IMG/VR virus record: IMGVR_UViG_3300038315_001936
Span: 1 to 33,708 of that record
DNA: 33,708 nucleotides
Direction: 5' to 3' (one strand)
Origin: a virus
Taxonomy: Duplodnaviria; Caudoviricetes
In this document: positions 26,948 to 33,708 of the stretch, piece after piece
Layout: each line of letters begins with the position of its first letter
Numbering within the stretch: position 1 is the first letter of the stretch
Notes under the pieces: model-generated
Told to the model about the DNA's origin: nothing
The model's input: the letters and a program-made list of their open reading frames with translations, nothing else
Database searches by the model: none
Made by a program: the position numbers and the translations under genes

Positions 26948-29900
26948 TGGCGATTACGACAACCATAAAAGGTACGGGTAACACCGCTACCGTAATTACC
27001 ACACTCTCGCTCGGTCAAACGAGGATTGGTGTTCACGGGGCCGACACAGTTATCACGTCGATGCAGGGACCAAAAGGCTCGCAAGGTCCAATTGGTTTAA
27101 CTGGCCCGAACGGCAGAAGTGCATACGAAATTGCGGTAGCAGAGGGCTTCGTAGGTTCGATGCAGCAATGGCTAGATTCCATCGTCGGGCCTCCCGGTCG
27201 TGATGGTATAGACGGCAATGACGGACAGGACGGCGCAAGCGCTTACGAAGTTGCGCAAGCTGCTGGCTTCTCAGGCTCCGAAGCGGAATGGCTTGCTTCA
27301 CTTGAAGGTGCAGACGGGCAGCAGGGTGCAGATGGTGACGATGCTTACCAAGTTGCCGTTCGTAACGGTTTCCAAGGCACTGAAGCTGAGTGGCTAGAAA
27401 GTCTTGAGGGCACAGGCGGCGGCGGTTTCGCAGCTATCGTCAACTTGGATGAGTATGAGGGTCAGATTGCAGGCGGCACCGGTATCAACCTCATCGTACC
27501 AGTCGCAGAAGGTGATCCGCCGATTGAGTTGACCGAAAGCGCGCAAGTTACAATCCCAAGCAGTGATCCTAATTCCGGCATCGCTATCTGGGCGAAAAGC
27601 ACAACGTCCGGCATCGCGATCGTACTTGGACTGGTAAAGACTTCAGTCACCGACCCTGAAGAGCCTGTTGATCCTGAAGAACCAGTTGATCCAGAAGAGC
27701 CGGTTGATCTGTCAGGCTCAGGTACCGTTTATGGTGCGCCAGGTACTGTCTTCCCACTTGGCATCTATCTCGCGGGCAGCAATTCCAGCTTCACGCTTTC
27801 CTACCCCGCAGGCTTCCCGCTTAAGGTCACACGACAGACTGACACACTTGTCCCGGTACAAAGCCAGTGGGCAACGCCAGCGGCTGGTTATCCATACTCG
27901 GTTACGGGTGGAGCAGTATCGCCAAGCACAAAGCTCAAAGTCGTTGGCACTGGAGCCTCTGCAACCGGCGGCAATTTGCGATTGGCCAAGGGTACATTTC
28001 TACAGTCTGACCCTCTCGGCTTCGACTTCCCGCAAACAGGCGATGATGCGACGACGCAAACCCCATCTAGCTTCAGGCTGTCATACAAGGGTGTAATTCC
28101 TTCAGGCAGCATCCCGCCAATCTGCTCGCTGTATGACTACAGCGTGGGCCGCTTCGAATTCGGCCCGCATTGGGATGGCAACACCATGTTCGCATTCTGT
28201 GGGCGTGGCACCGCCAATGAAACGAAGATCATTAGCGATGCAGGCTCAGCGCGTGTGCTTGGTACGAACCAGCTTTATGAAGTTGAATACACTGACAACC
28301 CATCGGGTGCTGGCGGTACTATCACCTTCTACATCGATGGTGTCCAATTCGGCTCGCCAAAGCCAACTCCAACCAAGCTACGCCTAACACCGGTCATGAT
28401 GCTTGAGGTCAACGCTTCGGCTAGCAACACTAACGACGCCATTGGCAACCTCGTTGTCGAGCAAGTGGGCCTGTCATTCGGGCAAACACAAGTCGGTACC
28501 TCATACGAAGACGCGAGCAACGGCGCTATTTCGGCTGCTGATCTTGAAGCCCTTGTGGTTGACGCGAGAGGCTTTGAAACAGAGCAAGCGCCAGTCACCG
28601 TAAGCTACACCGCTGATGGCACTCAAACCTATGACATTGAGGTTGTCGTTGGCGAAATGGCTGTTCCGGCCGGCAGCGCTTACAAGGTGGTCCTCGAGGA
28701 TTGGTCAACTGGTACGGCGGTACCACAAAGCGAAGAGCTGGTTATGACAAGACCGGCGGCGCAGAATTGCCGCTTTGAAGACGCTACGCTCTACAATTCG
28801 CAGGCTTCATGGACCGAGGTTCTACCACAGGGTCCGGTGCCCAATATCAACGGCATCAATTACTACTGCGAAGGCATTCGCATCGGCAACTATGTCCAGC
28901 TTCAGTTCGGATATGACTGGGATGAAACTCAAATGCCGAACAACCCCTTTGGCGACCCTACCACGAAGGAAAGCTACATGGTCCCGCACAAGTGGGCCAT
29001 TTACGATGTGGAAGGCACTTTGCTTGGGCGCATTGAGCAACCAGACGGTGAGCCGCTGAATACCACCGCTACCGAACCATGTTGGTCTGGCCAGCTAGAC
29101 GGACGCGGCGTTGCGATCATCACCGAGGATAACAAGTTCTATCCCAAGGGTACGGTTCGCAGCGGCATTATCTGGCGCTCGCATCAGCCGGTTGCGTACG
29201 AACAGACGCAAATCTGGAACACGGTTCCAACGTATGACCTTGCGGTACCGTTTGCATCGCAGACTGGATATTCCGTCAATGGCGGCGACATGCGTATCTT
29301 TGGCGAGGCGCAGGTAAACGGCTTTGCCAACTACCGCTGGATGCCTTGGGAAAGCAGCACCTACGATGGTGTTATCCAAGCAGGCCTGAACACTTTGAAC
29401 CCGTACAAAGTCGGCAGCAACGAAACCGGACAGGTTCCGAACGCGGCAGTTTGGCTAAAATACACACCGTTCAACCAACAGGGGCGCTCACCAATTACCG
29501 GTCCTGGCGGTACACGCGATGACCGTCAGATGATGGCTGAGCCGGTTGCTCGTTATGCGCGTGACGTTAGCTCAACCCGCGCACACGATAACCGTTCTAT
29601 CAAGCAAATCGCACTGGACTACCTAACTGGTTACGTCAGCGATCCTTATCAGTGTTTCGAAGCTGGCAGGCTGACCCCGCTATTCAAGGGCGCCCCTCAG
29701 CGCAGTATTACGATGCGCAACCACTACTATGGCGCTGGTGAGGCATCTACACCCGCAGAAAAGGCGTACTACATCCAAGGTGGCCGTACATACGAGTGGG
29801 CAACGGGTTATAACCCTCTGACCGTGACGGTGCCCTACGCCGGTTCTTCGGCCAACAAGCCGATCTTCGGTACCAACCAAATTGACGACGATCACGCGCA

Positions 29901-30858
29901 CCAATTCCCGCATTGGGGTTCGCTGCTTTGGCAGACGCCTGAATTCGCGATGCTTGGTGCCAAGTTCTTCGATCAGTCGAGGCTATACCGCAACGCGATC
30001 CTGAACAGCGATAACGCTTCCATGTTCGCAGAGCGTGGCGCGGCTTGGAAGTTCAACCATGCGGCGATGGCTTGGAAAACTGCCTCAAGCAATTCCTCGC
30101 GTCTATACAGCCGCAAGGAAGTCCTAGACTGGATCGTATTCGACTTCGAAGCATTCCACGATCTGCACTACGCAAGCACACCGGGCTTTATGAACCCGCC
30201 AGCATCCATTTCGGGTGCTGACACCAATCAGCGCGTGATGGCTGCAACTCAATACTTCGGCCCATGCTTGGCAGATGGCAACAGCGTCTACCAGCACGAG
30301 TTCTACATCGGCTATTGGCTCTCGGCGCTACAGGTTGGCGAGAAGATAGGTTTCAACAATGCCGTTCGCGCCGCATCGCCAAAGGCGCAGGCGGTATTGG
30401 ATTGGCTAATCAGCATCCACGAAAAGCGCATCACAGGTCGCTTGAATGGCGGCATGTTGGTGAACGCTGGCGCAGAAAACTACCTTTGCCCAATCTGGAC
30501 GAACGCGCAGATCACCGCTGCCGGTGGCAATGTAGCCAACCTACCGCACAGCTTCGCGGCAGTAGCTACCGCACAGGGAGCGAACGCCGCGCCAACTTGG
30601 GATACCTTCAAGTCGGGCAGCAATGTCTACGACAAGGATGGACAGGCAATGGATCAGCTATTGGCTGGCCCTTCACTGCTTCTTGATATGGGCCGCAATA
30701 GTCAGGCTGTCATTGATGCCGAAGCTGTCGCTCGCGCTTATCTCCAAGAGAAAATCGACAGCGAAACTGCTCGCGGGACAGGCGTGTCCGGTGGCGCTGG
30801 TAGTGCTTGGTTCAAGTACCTGCAGACGACGAACAACGCTCCATATCAGCCGGAGTAA
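26947..30858 (+). CDS. Large tail fibre or spike-like protein
   Basis: 1303 aa; collagen-like segments with three AYxxAxxxGFxGxxxxWLxS repeats, PEEPVD linker, lectin-like middle, aromatic-rich C-terminal domain. Confidence 0.8.
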   Translation: MAITTTIKGTGNTATVITTLSLGQTRIGVHGADTVITSMQGPKGSQGPIGLTGPNGRSAYEIAVAEGFVGSMQQWLDSIVGPPGRDGIDGNDGQDGASAYEVAQAAGFSGSEAEWLASLEGADGQQGADGDDAYQVAVRNGFQGTEAEWLESLEGTGGGGFAAIVNLDEYEGQIAGGTGINLIVPVAEGDPPIELTESAQVTIPSSDPNSGIAIWAKSTTSGIAIVLGLVKTSVTDPEEPVDPEEPVDPEEPVDLSGSGTVYGAPGTVFPLGIYLAGSNSSFTLSYPAGFPLKVTRQTDTLVPVQSQWATPAAGYPYSVTGGAVSPSTKLKVVGTGASATGGNLRLAKGTFLQSDPLGFDFPQTGDDATTQTPSSFRLSYKGVIPSGSIPPICSLYDYSVGRFEFGPHWDGNTMFAFCGRGTANETKIISDAGSARVLGTNQLYEVEYTDNPSGAGGTITFYIDGVQFGSPKPTPTKLRLTPVMMLEVNASASNTNDAIGNLVVEQVGLSFGQTQVGTSYEDASNGAISAADLEALVVDARGFETEQAPVTVSYTADGTQTYDIEVVVGEMAVPAGSAYKVVLEDWSTGTAVPQSEELVMTRPAAQNCRFEDATLYNSQASWTEVLPQGPVPNINGINYYCEGIRIGNYVQLQFGYDWDETQMPNNPFGDPTTKESYMVPHKWAIYDVEGTLLGRIEQPDGEPLNTTATEPCWSGQLDGRGVAIITEDNKFYPKGTVRSGIIWRSHQPVAYEQTQIWNTVPTYDLAVPFASQTGYSVNGGDMRIFGEAQVNGFANYRWMPWESSTYDGVIQAGLNTLNPYKVGSNETGQVPNAAVWLKYTPFNQQGRSPITGPGGTRDDRQMMAEPVARYARDVSSTRAHDNRSIKQIALDYLTGYVSDPYQCFEAGRLTPLFKGAPQRSITMRNHYYGAGEASTPAEKAYYIQGGRTYEWATGYNPLTVTVPYAGSSANKPIFGTNQIDDDHAHQFPHWGSLLWQTPEFAMLGAKFFDQSRLYRNAILNSDNASMFAERGAAWKFNHAAMAWKTASSNSSRLYSRKEVLDWIVFDFEAFHDLHYASTPGFMNPPASISGADTNQRVMAATQYFGPCLADGNSVYQHEFYIGYWLSALQVGEKIGFNNAVRAASPKAQAVLDWLISIHEKRITGRLNGGMLVNAGAENYLCPIWTNAQITAAGGNVANLPHSFAAVATAQGANAAPTWDTFKSGSNVYDKDGQAMDQLLAGPSLLLDMGRNSQAVIDAEAVARAYLQEKIDSETARGTGVSGGAGSAWFKYLQTTNNAPYQPE
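27652..27708 (+). repeat. Coding tandem repeat (DPEEPV x3) linker
   Basis: 18-nt period with synonymous variation. Confidence 0.85.
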
Positions 30859-30876
30859 GAGTGGCGCTGGAATAGG

Positions 30877-30882
30877 TAAATA
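30877..30882 (+). promoter_or_regulatory. TAAATA late-type motif
   Basis: TAAATA-agtgc-ATG(30888), enclosed by GTGGCGCT/AGCGCTAC stem. Confidence 0.68.
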
Positions 30883-30887
30883 AGTGC

Positions 30888-31127
30888 ATGAAAGCGCTAC
30901 GCAAACTCTGGGCCAAATATCGCACAATCATCGATTGGCTCAAAGCGAACGCCGCTTACATCACCATCATTCCTAACATACTGTTCAGCAGACCGGTCCT
31001 GAATATCATCCTCGCAGCGATGGTAGCTTTTGGCCTTTTTGGACCTGAGACAGCTAACAGCGTCAAAGACGCGGTGCTTGGTTCCGACCTCGCAGATACA
31101 ATCGAGGTTATCGACCATGCCAAGTAA
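30888..31127 (+). CDS. Putative holin-like membrane protein
   Basis: 79 aa, basic N-terminus, hydrophobic core, located after tail genes. Confidence 0.6.
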   Translation: MKALRKLWAKYRTIIDWLKANAAYITIIPNILFSRPVLNIILAAMVAFGLFGPETANSVKDAVLGSDLADTIEVIDHAK

Positions 31128-31518
31128 GCCTGACGAGAATGACATCTACATGATGCTCGGCCAAATTGCCGCAACACAGGCAAGCATGGTGGAAGAGATA
31201 CGCAGGATTGGAGCGAAGGTAGACAATTATGAAAGCAGCGTTAGCGCGCTGCAATCGCGCGTTCAGGCAATTGAAACCGACCGCAACACGCGAATTCCGG
31301 ACTACGAGAAATTCGTCCATCGAGTGAACAATTACATCCACGAAGATACAATTTGGAAAAGCACTCGCGACGGAAAGACGGCAGGAGTCAGTCTCTCAGC
31401 GAAAATCGTTTGGGCTGGCGTTGGTATGCTCGTTGCAATCTCGCTATCGGTTGCCAATCAAATCCTGAAGCCAGACCCAAGTCCAGCGCATCAAACCGTG
31501 AAGGTCGAAGCGCGATAA
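31117..31518 (+). CDS. Coiled-coil protein with C-terminal TM helix (holin- or XhlA-like layout)
   Basis: GAGGT SD before ATG 31117; IVWAGVGMLVAISLSVA TM segment. Confidence 0.7.
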   Translation: MPSKPDENDIYMMLGQIAATQASMVEEIRRIGAKVDNYESSVSALQSRVQAIETDRNTRIPDYEKFVHRVNNYIHEDTIWKSTRDGKTAGVSLSAKIVWAGVGMLVAISLSVANQILKPDPSPAHQTVKVEAR

Positions 31519-31550
31519 AAAAGGGGGCCAGCCTTTTGGCCAGCCCCTAG
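31517..31550 (-). terminator. Rho-independent terminator between convergent genes
   Basis: GC-rich hairpin with a T-run on the minus strand. Confidence 0.6.
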
Positions 31551-31605
31551 TCTACTATCACCCCATGACAGAGGGGCCGCCCACTCAGGCGTTGATAGAG
31601 TCTCG

Positions 31606-32505
31606 TTAAGAGTTCGCAGTTTCCTTCAAGAACCCATCCTTCACCCTTGTAGGTAGAGTATGGATAGTCACCTGCGGCCCTAGCTTGTAGACCTTTTCCT
31701 TCTTTCCCTCGCGCCGCTGATTGGCCAGCGCGTGGAACTTGCTGTTCAGCTTGTCCAAGTACGGGTTAACGGACTTCACAGCATTTGGCATCGTGCCATA
31801 CAGCATGATCTTCCCGTCACGATACTCACCCCAAACCACAACGTAGTCGCCATTCTCGACTGCTTGCGAGCCGAGGATTTCCTTACCAATCTCAGCAAAC
31901 GGCTCTACGTTCTCTACGTAGGCCGAATAGCCATGATTGGTCCGCGTAGTGATTTTGCCCTTCTTCGTGACAGGCTCCTCAGTAAGCCCCGAATAATGGC
32001 GATCAGCCAATTCCAAACCTAGCAGCTTAGTGTCACCCTCGTACTTGTATTTGTCGATGAACTCAGCAGCCCCCAAGGGCTTGACTTTGTTCCTCTTCAA
32101 CTCCCGAAACACCGCCGCATACTTGGTTGCAGAGCGGTTTATCTTGAGTGAGCCATCATCCTGCGGCTCTCCGAAAAGCAGATTGACCACCGTTACCCAA
32201 GGATTGCTCATTCGGTCGCCTACTTGGCGCGTTCCACGCTGCAAACCGTTGGCCCTTAGCAGCTTATCGAGGGGGCCTTTATCCTTCTCGTCAAGCTGCA
32301 TGATGAGGTCAGCAATCCAGTACGCGCGGGCCAGTCTGTCATAGAGCTTCCGTTGCTCATTGGTGGTAAACTGGCGTTCACGCTTTAGGGCATTCCTCAC
32401 CTCCACATACTGATAGGCTTGGAACGTCGTAACCGTTTTCGCCAAATTATCGGCAGTTACTACGAGGTCAGATTGTATCTCATTGATGCTAAAAGTGTCA
32501 GTCAT
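31606..32505 (-). CDS. Hypothetical protein
   Basis: 299-aa ORF, helical and basic; no family that I can name. Confidence 0.85.
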   Translation of the reverse strand: MTDTFSINEIQSDLVVTADNLAKTVTTFQAYQYVEVRNALKRERQFTTNEQRKLYDRLARAYWIADLIMQLDEKDKGPLDKLLRANGLQRGTRQVGDRMSNPWVTVVNLLFGEPQDDGSLKINRSATKYAAVFRELKRNKVKPLGAAEFIDKYKYEGDTKLLGLELADRHYSGLTEEPVTKKGKITTRTNHGYSAYVENVEPFAEIGKEILGSQAVENGDYVVVWGEYRDGKIMLYGTMPNAVKSVNPYLDKLNSKFHALANQRREGKKEKVYKLGPQVTIHTLPTRVKDGFLKETANS

Positions 32506-32647
32506 TCCATACTCACTAGTAGTAGCAAACGGCTACCGCGCAGGGCGAGTTATTCGCCTTGGTGAGTAAGCTGGCATCGAATCCAGTTAGTAGGGCCACT
32601 CCCCAAACTCAGTAGTCAGCGACAGTGAGTTAGTGCCGCTGAACAGA

Positions 32648-32675
32648 GAGGTATCACGGAACTGAAATCCCGCAA
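32648..32675 (-). promoter_or_regulatory. Sigma70-like promoter
   Basis: TTGCGG-N16-TACCTC with GTGA before the -10. Confidence 0.4.
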
Positions 32676-32689
32676 CTGTTTTTTTGGTA

Positions 32690-32718
32690 GAAAAGGGTGA
32701 CACCTGAATGCCACCCTT
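32690..32718 (-). terminator. Rho-independent terminator
   Basis: Minus strand AAGGGTGGCA-ttcagg-TGTCACCCTT then TTCT. Confidence 0.6.
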
Positions 32719-32961
32719 CCACTACAACCCAACACCGATTGCCCCACCATCTAGTAAGTGCGTTCGACTTCACTTACTCGACAGGCTCAACTTGGGTCAG
32801 CCGGTAGCACCCTTGTTGCACAGGTTTGGAATCCGTCAAGCGTTTTTGATGGTTAATAGAAAGTAGCGCTGTCACGAGTAGTGATAACCCCGTTGGCTAC
32901 TTCGCTACAAATCGGGGGAAATGTCTTCCGCGCCAACGGGGGCTGGTACGCGCCAGCCAGC

Positions 32962-32967
32962 TATTTA
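32962..32967 (-). promoter_or_regulatory. TAAATA late-type motif
   Basis: TATTTA on + strand, upstream of a structured non-coding stretch. Confidence 0.5.
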
Positions 32968-33015
32968 ACAAACCCTACCCCCTTCCGTTTGACCCCCTTT
33001 TTGGCCCTAAGTCCA

Positions 33016-33021
33016 TAAATA
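33016..33021 (+). promoter_or_regulatory. TAAATA late-type motif
   Basis: Intergenic, 30 nt before ATG 33052, divergent from the 32967 copy. Confidence 0.6.
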
Positions 33022-33051
33022 TATTGACATTAACGCTTTCGGGGGAATGCA

Positions 33052-33708
33052 ATGAATTATCCTGTATTAGAACTATCTCGATTTGATCGAATTCACCGCA
33101 CCAACCATATCATCGACGCCTGCAAATATCCTGCCGCAGATGATACTGGAATAGTCCACACTATGACCCATTATATGACGGACTGCTTATTCCGCTTGAA
33201 GACAATGGGACAAGAACCGCGGTACTGGAGTTTTGCTAGCTTTAATTCGAAAAGGCATGACAAGACAGCTATCCGCCTTAATACCGCTTTAGTACTCGAA
33301 TACCGAGATAGCGCCCGCGCTTCCGTCCTCGCAGAGTTGGCTGACATTGGGTTAGCGCATTGGATCGTAGACACGGAGTCACCAAACGAAAATCGCTTTG
33401 CAGTCATATTTCCTTTAGCAAATCCAATCCTCAATGAAACCAGATCGAACCGTTACACTCGCCTAGCTAGCGTGTTGCTTCAGCAGATTGGCGTCGCTGG
33501 TGCTGTTGACGGCTGCAATGCCATTACCTTCCTTGTCGCGCCCCGCCCTACTGCGTTGGTACAGGGCTTTGCAGGGGACATTTTAGACCCTGAACCCTAC
33601 ATCAAAGAGACTGCCGAACTTCTCGCAGAAGCCAACAGCTTCATTAATCGAGTAAAGTCAGAGAATGAAGATGATGATGGCCTGTTCGTATGGGGAGGTG
33701 CAGCATGA
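33052..33708 (+). CDS. AEP primase-polymerase-like protein with degenerate catalytic motifs
   Basis: WSFASF...ALVLEYRD...IVDTESP...RFAVIFPL pattern aligns by eye with phage prim-pol domains. Confidence 0.6.
   Translation: MNYPVLELSRFDRIHRTNHIIDACKYPAADDTGIVHTMTHYMTDCLFRLKTMGQEPRYWSFASFNSKRHDKTAIRLNTALVLEYRDSARASVLAELADIGLAHWIVDTESPNENRFAVIFPLANPILNETRSNRYTRLASVLLQQIGVAGAVDGCNAITFLVAPRPTALVQGFAGDILDPEPYIKETAELLAEANSFINRVKSENEDDDGLFVWGGAA

Larger units (their letters stand above)
1..33708. mobile_element. Siphovirus-type tailed phage or phage-like element, complete morphogenesis module
   Basis: Ordered terS...terL-portal-scaffold-capsid-neck-tail tube-chaperone-tape measure-tip-fibre-holin genes; no host housekeeping genes seen. 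Confidence 0.95.

Noticed and set aside
32761-32770. Loop GTCGAAC (minus strand) matching GTTCGAC in the capsid leader and upstream of the recombinase
   Set aside because: A 7-nt match is expected several times by chance in 34 kb.
1-33708. tRNA, rRNA, reverse transcriptase or DGR, IS elements, attL/attR
   Set aside because: No cloverleaf, YxDD motif, transposase or terminal direct repeat was noticed by eye; a tool-based scan was not possible.

Overview
The window is most or all of a ~34-kb long-tailed (siphovirus-type) phage or phage-like element, probably from an alphaproteobacterial host (inferred from GC level, promoter style and tail-gene families). It holds a left arm of small regulatory or unknown genes including a catalytic-domain-only tyrosine recombinase, a terS gene separated from terL by ~3 kb of repeats and membrane or secreted genes, a complete head-neck-tail module (portal, scaffold, capsid, neck, tail tube, frameshifted chaperone, tape measure, two large tip/fibre proteins), two holin-like genes and a primase-like gene with degenerate catalytic motifs. 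The most striking signal is regulatory. A TAA(A/G)TA hexamer resembling the T4 late promoter, with no shared -35, lies at 19 sites in front of genes or leaders. It is often 4-5 nt before a start codon, or inside a hairpin that would hide the downstream SD or start codon unless transcription begins at the motif. I recognised no sigma factor, repressor, helicase, DNA polymerase or endolysin, which raises the hypothesis of an element that builds its own virion but is switched on by a T4-like helper's late machinery. All calls are by-eye motif recognition with no database searches, and both ends stop exactly at stop codons, so genes may be missing.
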